A stretch of 64,000 nt of DNA from positions 3,782,001-3,846,000 of the forward strand of contig OU015567.1 of NCBI GenBank assembly GCA_907165135.1, written 5' to 3'. This document shows positions 11,301 through 24,833 of the stretch, in pieces (the stretch's first letter is position 1; every line of letters begins with the position of its first letter). The DNA comes from Oikopleura dioica. Taxonomy: Eukaryota > Animalia > Chordata. The notes under the pieces were generated by a model. It worked only from the letters and a program-made list of their open reading frames with translations, searched no databases and was not told where the DNA came from. Position numbers and translations under genes: made by a program.

Positions 11301-13616
11301 AGTTTTCTTTTCCATAGCATCGATGATCTTATTCCAGGATTATTACGGAACCAAGACTAAGGGTTGTCTACCTGGGTTACTTGGTCGCGCTGCAAATTAC
11401 GCATAAAGGCATTGTTGAGCAAAGCCGCTTCAATAGCTTCGCGCTCTTCGGCGGCTTTCGCAATTTTCGGCAGTTTTGTCGGACTTTTGGAGGATTTCAT
11501 GCGCGATCTTACGATCTTAGCTCGGTAAATTATTAAAGAAATTAGTGGAAATCCTCGTTCCTTGCAACTTTTTTACTAGCTTCGGCTGAAATGGCCGTTC
11601 GGAGACCTCCATCACGGACGTCGGCTGGAGGACCTAATGCGTTCAGCCTCTAGAAAAAAATGTTCAATTGATTGAAAGAATTTGCGAAAAAAATTCTCTC
11701 TTTCTAGGAATCGAACTCGCGACTTCCTACTTAAAGTTTTTCACTGGGAAGTCTCACCTTGATCTGATGATCCTTCTCGTCCATGACCAGGGCCATCTTC
11801 TCGTTAATTCTAACCATCTCGGTTTCTTTCTCCATCGAAAGATTCTGCAGCTGCCTCGAGAGATCCAAAATCTTATCATCCCTGCTCTTCAGCTCCGCGT
11901 CAAATTTGCTCGCATCTTTGCTCACCGACGAGACAGCTTGATGCCGGGCGAGTTCGCTCTTCAGCGATTCGTTCTTAAAAAATACTCATAAGTTCAACGT
12001 TACACACGCAGAAGGTGATCGTACCTCGCTCTGGCATTTGGCCAACTTGTCCTCGACTGATTGGAGTTTTTGGACGAGCTCCTTCCGTTCGGCGTCAGCA
12101 CGGGCTGAAGACTTTTCGGCTGCTTCCTGGCTGGAAGCCAAGGCCTTCTCCAAGTTTTTGAGCTAAAATGGCAAACTTTATTTTCAGACTTTATTTTGAA
12201 AGATGAATAAAACAAAAAGAAAAAAATTCAAAGTGGATTATGGGAATTTGAGAAAAACCGGTTTTTATGAAGAAGAATGACTCAAATAAATCGTAAAAGA
12301 ATAATAAAATTAATTTCAATTAATGATTTGGACCGCTACCTTAATTGTCAAACAATCAACTTTATCTGCAAACCATTGGGTCTGACTATCCATGTCTCTC
12401 TCTCTTTCCTCCTTTTTTCCTCTTTCTCTATGTCTCCTTCTCTTTTCCCGTTTTCTCTTTGTAAATCACATTATTCCCGTCTTGATAAAATTAAAGTCCT
12501 CCGCTGAACTCTTTTTTTTCTAATAAAAAAATAAAACTGAGCACGTGAGAATCGAAAGAAAGCGCAATCTACTCTTTAATCATCAAATTGCTTTTTTCGA
12601 GTATTTCGGTCTGGACACACTTGAGTAAGGGTTAGGGGAGACTGGTGACTTGTCTGACTAATTTAACAAAAGATTTCTCGACCTTTTAACTGTCTGTTGT
12701 TTAAAAAAAAAGAATCCAGGGTGCGATTGTAGGCGGAATCGATGGATTAGAACGTAACGTAAAACATAAAAGAAAGAAAAAAAAGGCGGGGAAACAATGT
12801 AAAAATCAAAGGAGGAACACACGTGACCGGACAAAGCGAAGGTCAAAGGAGACATGGAAGAGAATCGAGAGACGATTTAAACCGGGCGGATATAAACATG
12901 ATAAATATGTTTTTGAAAATAAGTTTTCTTAGCGATTTTTAAAATCATACTTATCATTTTCTGGGACGCACAATCAAAGTGACAGTGTCACCCTTATTTT
13001 CGATTTATAAGAAAACTGACATTATTCTGCATTTCTCGGTAAAATAAGGGTAGCACTTCACAATTTCTATTTGTAAATTTCTCAACAAAAAATTTATACT
13101 GTTACTGTTAATTGAATTCACGAAAGCTAAGCTGAGTAAACAAAAACGAAAAATAATGGTGATTGAAAAACGCCTTGGCTCCAGAAAAGTCGGATTATAA
13201 AAAAGCTGAATCGGGTTTTCTCACTCGCACACCGTGAATAAACTCAAAATGCTTTTGGATGAGCAAAAGCGGAATGATGAAGCAGCTTCCGTTTTACCTG
13301 ATTTGCTATGCTGTTTGCTGCATTCTAACATTAGAAATTTAAATAGAAAATTTTTCCATGAAGGGAATTTTTTCATGGACGCGGGCTCATTTTGTATTTT
13401 TGCTAAGGGAATTAAGGTTATCGATCAAAGGATGTTGTGCCCTTGTAAGGAGTTTCCTCACGAAAAAGATCGAAGGGTATTTAATTAGGATTAATGAAAG
13501 GTCGACAAATGAGCCCGTGTCTCTCTTTTGGCGAATGAAAATAATAATTTATTAAACTGGAGGAACGGCCAGTGGTGAATTTTTTAAATAATTTATCCGA
13601 TTACCTTTTCCTCCAT
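5366..13616 (-). CDS. PRKG1: cGMP-dependent protein kinase (PKG), divergent; 5' end uncertain
   Basis: N-terminal coiled coil, two cyclic-nucleotide-binding domains ([15 protein letters not shown]; [16 protein letters not shown]), kinase domain ([33 protein letters not shown]) and AGC tail (GFDWEGL...SGWDAEF*, stop 5366-5368). A candidate ATG (MEEK) lies at 13614-13616. The paralog assignment is tentative. Confidence 0.9.
6649..7735. mobile_element. Tc1/mariner-like non-autonomous element (MITE), interrupted by a second element
   Basis: TA|CAGTT...AACTG|TA termini; 26-bp terminal inverted repeats match at 23/26 positions; subterminal motif aaaatgtccaaaaatttgat occurs three times. No transposase ORF. 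Confidence 0.75.
6994..7680. mobile_element. TTAA-target non-autonomous DNA transposon (Kolobok-like GG...CC ends)
   Basis: TTAA at 6990-6993 and 7681-7684. The 20-bp inverted repeats ggtggtagaaacagcttttg and caaaagctgtttctaccccc have one mismatch. Confidence 0.75.
8129..9021 (+). CDS. Secreted multi-EF-hand protein nested antisense in the PKG intron 6603-9086
   Basis: Signal-peptide-like [16 protein letters not shown]-hand loops [24 protein letters not shown] and [12 protein letters not shown]. Three ~45-nt introns; the phase of the first junction is ambiguous. AATAAA at ~9060. Confidence 0.75.
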
Positions 13617-16600
13617 TGATGTGGAGCTTCCCGAAGCTTTCGTTTCTTTTGATGAAGACTCGCCTGTTGTCTGAAGTTTTCCTGAAAATAAGCCATAAGA
13701 TTAAGGGTCTTTCAATAGATCGTCGATAAGCTATGCGTATAAATTATACGGTATAATGCTCCACTAGTAAGTTCAAAAGAAGCATCGAAGTTATCAATCA
13801 TAAATCTTCGTGAAAAAGCATAAAAACCTTTCCCTGACTGTTCAGAACAATAATCCGCCTATAAATTAATTTTGTCAAAAAGCATATCTGAGATCTCTTC
13901 AAAAAAGAAGCGCGAAAACGAAATCAATCATGGCCAGTTTGGTAACCTAATGAACCCTTTCGCGCACCGCGAAGCTATTCCCTTTCATCCCCTTTCTTCT
14001 CACTTCCCGAAACTTCAAAACTTGGAAGATAATTACAAAATTACCATGAGCTTGGAAATTTGAACTTGGAAATTCTCGATGAAATAATTTCGCGAATTGG
14101 CGTTGTTAATTTGACGCAATTAGAAGAAGGTGTTGAAAAAGAGTGGATGAATTGTTGAAAGATTTGGAAGTCGAATCATGCCTCTTTCGAGCTGTCTAGA
14201 AGATTTTGAATGATTTTTTGAAGTGATCAGTATTATTTCATTTGAAACTGATGAGTGGCATTTTTAAGTAATCTCATCCGAAATAATTATAAAAAAATCC
14301 ATGAAAAAATGAGTTTTCCTACTGATATGGTTTTTTGAAATTACTTCCCGTATTTTAACCCCTTTTAAAATGAGGCAATCTTCGAGTAAATCAATAACCT
14401 TTTCGCCTTACAGTCCAAAGTAATCAAACTTGGCAATGACTTTCTCTCTCTCTCTTTCTCAAAAGCTATTTTCACAGTTTGCTCTTCTGACAAAGAAAAA
14501 TAATGTTCTCGTTCCCTGTCATAATCCAGCGCACTTAACACAGAGAAAGAGTCTATCGAAGAAAAGGTCTGAAGTCGTTTTTTTACTGGGGATGAAAATA
14601 ATGATCTCATCGATTTTCCATATTCAGTTATTTCTACTACTGTCTCACAGCCAGAGGGATACTCAATCACGGATTTACTGGCTGTTGTTCTATGATAACA
14701 CAACTTTTATCTGAACATGAAGAATGGGGGATTTTTGGAATCAAGGAGGAAAGATAGAGTTTCCCAATTTTAAGGGTTTTACTCCTCTAATTAACGGATT
14801 TTCAACGTAAAAATCATTCGGATCGAAAATTCCTTAAAATGGAGACATTTTTGATCATTTGAAAACCAATTAAAATTTAACTTTTCTTGATTATTTTGCC
14901 CTTTGAAATGGTTATATCGAATTTTTCATGGGTATCCTTATTTCGGTCAAAATGAGTCAAAAATAATTTAAAAAATTTGATTCTTATTGCGGCAAAACAA
15001 GAAATATTCAAACTTTAGTAAACAACACCTCATCTTCTTTAATTATTTATGCCCTAAGGCATTGTTTTCTTTCCCCTCAGGCGCGTGTATATAAATTACC
15101 TTGTGAATCCTTTTTCGACTGTTTATCCTTTCCCAGCCCGAAGAATTTCATATTTTCAACCCTTCTCTAAATCTTCTGCAATATCTCTAACGATGGATTC
15201 TTTTGGTTTTCAATTTGGGCACACACGAGTTCGGGGCCAGCAGTTTTTGGCTTGCGGGCGAGGCGGGCGCGGCGCGGCGCAACAAGGTTAAAATTGAGTG
15301 CGAAGGAAGAAAAAAGAGCGTTCGATTCTTTAATTCTCGCTCGTTCCTTCAGGTTGTCCCATTTCGCGTTTGGCGCTTAACACCCACGCACACAAATTTG
15401 GGCACACGCAGTAATCGTCTGAAATGATTTCGCTTACAGTCACAGTCAATGTCACTTCGATCTTGCAGTAACAGTGATTTTTAAAAGAATAGTTTTGAAT
15501 ACTTTTGAAAAGAAAAAGTGAAATCAAGGAAGAATTTCCTTTAAAAATTTGAGTTAAATCTGACCAAAATTTTGAAAAAAATTATCACGATTTTTGTCGA
15601 TTTTTGTCCTCTTTTGCGATTTTCGATCGCATTTTTACGCTCTTATGAAAGAAAAAATGCTGATCTTTGACTGAAGTGTTTTTCAATCAATTTCATGCTC
15701 AAAGATCTGGGCGACAGGTTGAGCCGACCCAGGGGAGTTATAATTCACACTCATTTGTTCTAATTTGGATGGATTCGCCTTGATTCCGCCTTTGGCCGCG
15801 CTTGTTTGCCGGTGGTTTTTGGTTTTTAGATATTTTTTTTCGAAGGTGGTTATTATTTTCTCTGTGGGTTTCTTCAGAATTCAGATAATGGCTAGATCCA
15901 AGCGTAAAAAAGAAGAGCGAGCGTAAGTCACAAGATCGTAAACTTCGTGATAATTACTAGCCAAAACCGCTAAGGTGGAAATTGTTAACTCTAGCATAGA
16001 TACCTATTCTAGATATTTATACATTCGAATCCCTGAAAAATCATTCAGACACGAAATTTGACAGAAAAAAGACTCATTTTTTAACCCTAGAAAGCCAAAA
16101 ACTCCGCTTCTTTTTTTTCACTGCATCTTTTTCTCTTCCTTTTTTCTTATAAAAAGTAATAATCTCCATTTAAAATGGACCATAAGAAAAGATAGCGCAC
16201 CGAGATGATCCGGCCAGATCACTTTTGAAAAGGTCTCTCCTCTCTTTGTGCCGCTACACTCAACTAAAGGCGAATTATTTTTGAAGCTCTTTCACCGAAG
16301 TTGATGGAGGCTCAATTTAATTTAGCTCATCAGAAAAGATGGAGGTGTAATTTTCTTCTTTGATCATTTTTTAAATTGAAATACTGAAAAAATTTTTGAT
16401 TTTTGTCGCATTTTCTTTTGTCGATTTTTTTTGAAATCAAGGAAGAAAAACAAGCCGCTCAGAAGCCCAAAACAATCGCCCGCTGAAAAAAATGTCTTTT
16501 CTTCAGCCAAAAAACCGCAACGCTTGAACTCACAAAAAATAACTCCGGAAGCCCGAAATCATTTTACAACTTGTCACCTCTCCCGTCAATTACCACCACG

Positions 16601-18140
16601 TGGTAATTAAGGCTCTGTCGCTTTAATTTACCTTTTTCCTTCTTTCTCTCTTTGTCCTTATCCTCCTTGTTAAAGTAGGAGAACTTTTCCCAAATGTCCT
16701 TCTTTGTCATTTTTCTAAATCCGCGTTTACGATAGCGTGCTTCTCTTGTTTAGCGAAAAATGCGAAAAATGGTTTTGCGATTTGAAAAGGTCACTTTGAT
16801 GAAAATCGATCCGAGGGTGAAAATAATTACGCTTCGGAGCGGTACTTGAGCTTTACGAGGATGATTTATCGTTGGCTCAACTTGTACAAGAACCTAACAT
16901 GTGTCTTTTTCCGTCTTGTGGTCGACAGGTTTTTTCCGAAAGCGATAAAAATTTGGAAAATTTTCTTTTCTTCATCGATTTCGAGGCAAAATCGAAAAAA
17001 ATTTTAAAAATAAGGCTGAAAATTAAGCCTTTTTTGAGTCCTCCAAAAATTTTAACCGAAAATATTCAATTTTCGTCAATCATAAAAAAATCGTGATTTG
17101 ATTTCGTTTTACGAGGCAGATTTATTATAATCTTCTTCTGTTGACCTTAATCACAAAAATATTAATAAAAACATGATGCTAAAACTTGCACTAGAATAAC
17201 CAAAAATGGTACTGACCATAAAAAGGCGAGAAAATGTTCTTCATTGATCAGATCAAAATCTCTTTGAAACAAACTCGCGGTCACGTGACGTAAACGATTC
17301 AGCTGGTACTAGTTACTTACTGGATAATGGGCGTCGGTGTAAGTTATCCAAGGACCTGGATTTGAACTAATTTTCTGCTCGAAAAAAGCTCAATAGAAAG
17401 CTCACACCGCCTTTTTCTAATAAAAAAGTGATACGATGTTCATTGAAAAGGAAATCCAGGTGAGAATTTCGAGCCCAAACTGAAGCTTTTGAAAGTCAAA
17501 CCCAAAGCCGGCTCTTTTTCTAGCGATCTAGCGGATCATGAAGATTATTTCTTCAGTTTCAGTCGGAAGTTCCAATAAAGAATGACCAATTTTTTGGCAA
17601 AAACGATAGGTTAAATTTTCATGATCCGATCCAAAGGCGAATGTTTCTCCCTAAATCGCCAGTTCATCTCTTTTTCTACGAAAAACTCAAGTTTCTCTTA
17701 AATTGAAAGTACTCTAATTGAGATTGGTGCTTCCGAAAAACGCCCAAGCTCAGTAGAATCCAGCCCATTTATCAAAATACTCAATCGAGCGCAAAATTAA
17801 AATAAAGATTTATGCGCCCTCGATGTGCGTCACCAGCGCGTTCCGTTTCGTTTTTTCTGAACTCGAGGACGTAGATTTTTACGTTATTTAGGTTGATGAT
17901 GGTCAGCAACCAGTGTAGAAAACCTGACTCAGGAGCCGAGAGTCCATCATTGATAGGAAAAAATTTTCCTTGAAGCATGAGATAATTAATTTCTAGGAAT
18001 AATATTCTTCTTAATAAAATGATAATAAAAATAATCTATTTCGTTTTAATCAACAATTTCATGAAACCGTTTGAATGATGAGCCCAATCATTGATAGAAA
18101 ATTCTAATAAAAATATCAATTTTGGCTATGGTCAATTTCA

Positions 18141-18429
18141 GGAGTTAAGAAGGTTTGGAGTAAGCTAAAAGGAGCAACTTTATTTTCCGGAAATACTCCA
18201 AATCGGAGCAAAATTTCAAAGCCGATTTTAAGGGTGTTGCAGAAATATTTAAGGGTATCTGAATAGCTCAAAAGAAAGCCCGGGCCCCGAGGCGCGTTTT
18301 TGCCGGGGTTTGAAAGGGCCGGGAGGCCCTTAACACCATTAAAATCGGCTTTGAAATTTTGCTCCGATTTGGAGTATTTCCGGAAAATAAAGTTGCTCCT
18401 TTTAGCTTACTCCAAATCTTCTTAACTCC
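18141..18429. mobile_element. MITE-like palindromic element
   Basis: 98-bp arms (18141-18238 and 18332-18429) with two mismatches around a 93-bp spacer with a GC-rich part. No TSD identified. Confidence 0.75.
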
Positions 18430-21400
18430 AAAAATTGTGTCGAGCCATCAATTTTTGGATTAAACTGGTAATTTCATTGATTCAGAATGAGTAAACAATA
18501 AATCGGGCAAACCTTTGGAAAGAGGTGGTTTCTGTTGAGTTTTTGAATTCTCTTGTGCCTTTTCTGGCTGGACCCTTCAATGGATGATCATCGACCAAGT
18601 GAAAATGATCCTTAATTAACGCTCGGAGTTGATCCTAATTAGATCCAGTTTCATGAACTTTGACTGCCGCGTTTTCTACTTGATTTTTCTAGCTATTTTT
18701 TGATCCTTTTTTTCCTGTTTATTTGTTTATAAAAAAAATTAAGAGCGTTTTTCAAAATTTTCTTGTACAAAAAAAGCTTATCAAAAGATTAAATCTCTAA
18801 AAATAAAATATCGAAAAAGCCAGGTCATCCAATTCCTTAATTTTTTACTCTGAGTGCATCCCATTAGGTGTCATTTGCTAGCTTTTCACTCTCTTAAAAA
18901 ATGACTCTTCAAGTTCGCCAACTATCTCTTTATATCGTCTCTCCCTAATTTGCCCGTAATCGTTCCTTGAAATTACGCCAAAATCGAAAGAAAAAAAAAC
19001 TTAAATTGATTTAAGTTGAACGAAAAAGTAAAATTGAAATTCAGAGTTGCGTAAAGTGAATAATAAAAGATTAAAAAAAGAAGTCGCGGTAGACTACTTT
19101 TTTGATGAATCGCTTTGTTTCATTATTTACCGGCGATTTTTTTTTGAGTTTTATCAGCTTTTGTGTTTTTAATTTTTGGCTCCTGTCTGATATTCAAGCT
19201 GATTTTTGTCTCTGAATTAGCATTGTGACACCCTAAAAAATTATCAAAAAAGAAAAAAAAAAGAAATAGAAGAAACAGAAATTAATATCTGTTTTCAAAA
19301 TGCTGCGCTCCAAAATGATTTCTTGCTTCATTAATTTCGAACTAGGGGAACAGCCTTGCGAAAATGAATTTCGCCGCAACTCGTCGAGCATTGGTTTTCT
19401 GTTCAGACAAGCAAACTGACAATTTGTTCCCTGTTTAATTTTTCAAGCTACACAGAGAGGGTGAACTTGACTTAGCAACTTATTCCAGATTTTTTAGAAA
19501 ATGGCTTTTTAACATTGTGACACCCTTTTTTTCGTTACCTTTGCAATACTCGAAGTATTCATTAAATTTCTCTTTTGCCCTTTCCATCGAGCTGTGTTCC
19601 TTGAAAACACCACTACTGTTGTTGGCGGCGTAGTTAGCCGAGCTCATTACTCTCTAATCGCAATCCAATTTAAAAAAAAAAGAGATCTGAAACCGATTTC
19701 AGCTCCAAATCCGCTTCTTTCCAAAAAAGCCTCTTATTCGGAGAACTGAGAAAAGAGAAGGAGTAAGGGGGACCTGTGAGGGTGTAAATGGACGTAGAAT
19801 CGTCTCGTTAGTCATGATTAGCTGACGACTTCACGGCTCCAGTCGGCTAGGGATCGATAGAAAACCTCGAACTCTCGGGGTCAACAATCGAACTTGATTA
19901 GAATAAACCAAAAAGGGAATTTTCAAAAAAGCCTCAAAACAGACACAAAGAAGGAAGTTCAGAATTATAGAAAATTTTGGCCAATCAGAAGCCTTTATTT
20001 ATCCATCCGTCCAATCAGAAGCGCAAAAACCGCTTTTGACTAATTCGACCCTTTTTCTATTAAATTATTTAAAATTTGAGAATTTGAAAAGCTCCTGAAA
20101 CGGCACGCTTTTATGTTTGTCTAACGATGAAATAAATTTGTGTAGAAGCGACGTCCGGCGGGAGGAGACCGCCATGACAACGCTCGAAGAGCAGCAGGGT
20201 CTAATAAACTGTACTGTGTTTGATGAGCGCTTTACTAGGGGGGCTTTACTGTTTCTGTCTGATTTTATGGCCCAGGAAGACCAACATGCTGTAAATTACT
20301 GTTGCAAGGTTAGTAAAGCTGCGTTTTCTTCAACAAACCGGGGTACCCTTAATTAAGAAAAATGGTCAAAACTGCATAAATAATGTCTTGTAGATTACCC
20401 TTCAAATTGCCTTATCCGTCAATCATCAATGAATGAAATACGAGAATATCGCCTGTGTGACGAAAATTGCCCCGGAGGCAGATCATTATTTGCCCAAAAG
20501 TCTGGCCGTCTCCGTTCCCCCGGGGTAATTTGATTTTATGGAACCGGAAAATCAAATCCTTAGCTTTTACTTGCTGAAAAATGTCGCCCCACCACATTTT
20601 CATTTTCATCGGAAATATTACTGTATGTTGGAAAATTATTTCTGTGCGTCACCAAATTTCTTTTTTTCGGTTATCATTTTGAATGACCGTAAAATGACGT
20701 TTCATAAGGTCGGGTTAGAATATCTCGAGGAGAATTATGATTGTATCGGAAATGAGTGCCCTGTCTGGAAAAATGGGGCGAAATTGGAATTTTGAAAGGA
20801 AGGTTCTCAAGTTTTAGGCTCTCAAATCATACCTGATGATCTTTTGGAAAGAATGCTCTTGAGTTCAGGCGGCCTCTGCACGACAGAAATCGTCTTGGTT
20901 CTCTTGATTCCAGCGTCCAGCGCAGAAACTGTTTTCTTTCTCGTACTTTTCGTCGGTTGGAGAACAACTGCCTTCTCGCTACGCGACAAATCATTAAATT
21001 TTCAGAGGCACCTTATGACTTTATTTTTACTTAAGCTTTCTATAGATAGAATGCATCAATAAACAAGGAAATTATTTGTTAGAAATTTTCAACCTCAGAA
21101 ACAGGACTTTTTTCTTCTTTTTAATCGCTGAGTTGTTCATTTTGTTTTATTTTCTATCTTGGATCTAATTGGATTCAGAATTGAAAAGAACAGAGCGGTT
21201 CTTTTTGAAAAGATCGGAAATCAAAAAGAGAAGACGACAAAAAGATGTTTGGACAGAGGTAAGTCCCCGCAGCTGCTTGTCACTTCGCTAGAAATCTGAA
21301 TGTTTTGCGCCTCCGAAAATACTCAAAAAGATGGCTTTATTGCCCTTACTGTTGAGACTGACGAGTACTACTGTGCATTCTCACAGTCAGATGGGGTCGT

Positions 21401-21567
21401 TTTTACAGTCAAATACAGCTGGACTGATAAGGAGCTACCTCGACCAAACGACAAAGTAATCAAATAAAATCATCACTTTGGAAAATCGAAAAAGATCAAG
21501 ATATATTTCTCAAATTCTAAGGGTATCCCTCTTTCAGGGTCAAGAGGGCAGCGAAGGATACGTAGCC

Positions 21568-22294
21568 CCCTAACCCTAACCCCAACCCATTACTATTCTC
21601 GTAACAGTAACTACAACCGATTCTTGGTTTTCTTGTCTTTTCGCTTCCATCTCCAACTGGGGTCGACTTCGTCTTTGAAACTTTTTCTCTTGATGGAGGC
21701 ATTTTTACCGTCTTCTTTTAAAGTTTGAATCTCTTTGTTGATTTCAAAGGCTCCGAAGAAATTTCTCTTTGTTTTTTGGTAAAGGAATTCGATTTCACAA
21801 AAGTGCAAATGCGAAATTACGATTTGGTAGTGCTCTAGTGGTAAGAAGACATTTTGAAGTTAATGTGTTTGAGGAGGAGTGAAAATTGATATTTCCCGAG
21901 TGTCCAAACCAAAAATCTCCATTGCGCTATTTTTTTATTATCAATGTTTGCTTGCAGCGCAATTGGCGCAAAACCAAAATCTAAATAGAAACGTACTACT
22001 TCCACTGTCAGAAGAAAGCACAACTACTGGAAAGGTACGAGTCAAACTTTTATGCAGGAAGAGATTTGACACAGAAGATGTCAAGACAAATTATTTCTCG
22101 CCGTGTTGGCTACAAAAGATGTCGATTTTTCTAGGATCCATGATCTTGAGAAAAAAAGACAAAAAGAAGCTTGCTAAAAGAACGGTAGTAGGGGTTATGA
22201 TTCGAGCTAACCCTAACCCTAAGCCACGGAACCCCCCAAGGCCAAATCCAGGGGCCTCGCCCCCCTACGGAGTTCTCAGACCCTAACCCTAACC
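21568..22294 (-). repeat. Three very short (TTAGGG)2 tracts
   Basis: ccctaaccctaa occurs at 21568-21579, 22211-22222 and 22281-22292. Confidence 0.45.
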
Positions 22295-22722
22295 ACCTGG
22301 TTTTGCTGAAATTTTTGATCATGATCTTTTCCCTTTTAGGCTCTATAAGAAAAATCTTCTATTTCAAAGCAGAACTCTCAATTACAGGAAATGACAATCT
22401 CGAGATTCTCGCCTGTTTCTTGCCTTGAAAAGAAACAGAAATTGATCAAGCCTGGGAAAAGCACTCGAGCTGCTTCCAGCTTAGAAAGTGCGCGGAGGCA
22501 CCTGCGCTCTGTCATAATTTCATAAATCCAGTTCAAACAACCACGCGCCAACTGTTGCTGACCTGTCTGCTCGTATTTGGAAACTGCAATCATGGAAGAA
22601 AAAAAGACTTTCAATGAATTTTTCTTTTATTTACAGATTATTTGAACTTTTTATTTTGAATAAATGTTGATTATATACCATCGATATATATTATTTAAAA
22701 AAAGGGATTGAGGAGGGATGAG

Positions 22723-24833
22723 TCATTTTTCTTCAGACTCTGGTGTTACGTCGAGCATTGCATGGAGTTGCTCAGCCGAATGGCCGATTAATTCACCGAG
22801 TTCGCAGACGAATTTGTAGACATACCTAGAAATGAATTTTTAAAACCATAAAATAGCTTATTGATAAGGCGATTGGACATTTGATAAATGAACCATGATG
22901 AAGAAAATAAGCTATCTTTTACTCTACCCTCATGCGGCCCATTCGCCTCAAATATATTCTGATTGAAAATTTAAATTTATTGCTCAAATATTTTCTCGTT
23001 TGCCTACCGTCTTCCAGGAGTCTTCTCAATAATATTCTTATCGTAGTAATATCTCAATCCTCTCGATAATTTTTCATAATTCATCTTTGGCTTATTCTTC
23101 CTCACTCCCCATCTTCTTGCAACCTCATCGGGATCAACTAGAATATCGTTACTTTCAACTTCGAACTTCAAGAAAAGCAAGCTTACCCATTCGAAACTCC
23201 CAATCTTTGCCTGTCCAAGTGATGCAGTTTTTGGATTGTCGGTCGAGAAGCATTTCGACCAAGAATTGCCAAAGTTGAATGGGTCCTCCGGACGCATTTA
23301 GGCGGTTTTGGATAGGGACAATCAGCTAAAACCAGAGTTAATGGCTTTTTTCTTCTAAGTTCTCATGAAAACTCATGAAAAAATCGCCGCTTGAATTTTT
23401 CAATCAGATAAAAACAGCGACTCTTGTAATCAGTTGTTTACGATGTTGCGCTAATGGAGTGCGAAATTACCTGACTCTCTTGATTAGCTTTATTGGTGAG
23501 GTACTGGAAATGTTCCCATCCGATTTCTCCGACGAAAGGAGGCCAATTAGAGAGGAACTCATTTCGGCTTAGTCGAGATAGCTAGAAGAATATTGTTAAT
23601 TGCGTATTGTCGTCATTTTGTTCAAAGAATATGTTATGTTCCGATCTAGCCGTGAATGATGAAGCGGATCGGAATTAATCAAGCTAACCATGTGTAATTA
23701 TAGCTTGATCGGATAAATAAATATTAAGCTAGAACAGAAGAATTTACCTGTAAGCCGTCATATCCATCAATATGCACATATCCATGAATTGAGAATTCCG
23801 CTCGTACCCAATCTACCCACTGGGCTACCTGAAAAGGCAAGTTTTACGATCGAATGGCTAGAAAAAAGCTATTACCTGGTAAGAAGACCAATTGACCGGG
23901 TCCCGCGGGTGGTCGAATTTTTCCAAGAAGCCGGCGAAAATGAGCGAGATCGAGTGATTGAATTTTGCGGAGGAGCGGGGTGTTATAACGGAGCCCATTT
24001 GAGATGAAATGGGATCATCGGAGAAGCTGGAATTTTCATCGCTCGATGAACAAGAGCTAATAAAAACATGTGTAAATTGACATTATAAACGATGCAAGAA
24101 TCTAAGTATACAACAGTGATAAAAATAAAATTCATGCTTTGATAGTCAAGTTTTATCGGACCACTTATTCACACCTTTGTTTTTTTTCTTTTACATCTTT
24201 ATTAATATACGGTCCATATAATATGGATAAAACGATATGACGAGAATATCATTTATGGCGTAAGAAAAAAGATTCTTCGTTTTATTCGACTCAAATTTTC
24301 CAATTTTATGATTCAAATAATTCAAGGACTTCTTCTTTTTTGCTATGTTTTATTGCTATATTCAAACTCAAATGAGTATACGGTATAATTTATAGCGATA
24401 GAAATAATTAACGTGAAAATTGTGGATAAGTCGTCCCTATCTTTTCGCCTATCACGGTCGGTATAAAACATATTATTCATAAATTTAAAACTTACTTGAA
24501 AGAACAATTTGGAACCTCGTGATCCGAAAAATCCGGGGATGTTTCATTCGAGCTGGAAAATGTCTCGAACGAGCTGCCCATCATCGAATTCTCCAATTTC
24601 AGCGGACTCGGTCTCTTCACTTTTCTAGTGCTGCTTTTGTTAATAGGCTGCTCGGGGAACGGGTCATCCATTCGTTCCTTTTTGATGAAACCTGCATCCA
24701 TCATCCAGAAGTTTGATTCTGGCTCTTCTTTTGATGAAAACTCTGAGTCCCACGGGCAAGGGACTAAATCTCCCATTGAAAAAGAAATTGAGTTGAATGA
24801 AGCGCTAGAATGAAGCAAATTTGGATGGAGCAA
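22723..24833 (-). CDS. ETS1: ETS1/ETS2-type transcription factor (Pointed + ETS domains); start uncertain
   Basis: PNT domain [21 protein letters not shown]...[14 protein letters not shown] domain GPPECVQ-region exon reading [10 protein letters not shown]...[42 protein letters not shown]...YVYKFVC. Stop 22723-22725. Confidence 0.9.

Noticed and set aside
15878-15928. Plus-strand micro-exon MARSKRKKEER followed by GTAAGT
   Set aside because: No downstream exons could be linked, and it may be chance; left unannotated.
18513-18634. Minus-strand exon-like segment as a further PKG exon
   Set aside because: Its phases do not chain with the neighbouring candidate exons.
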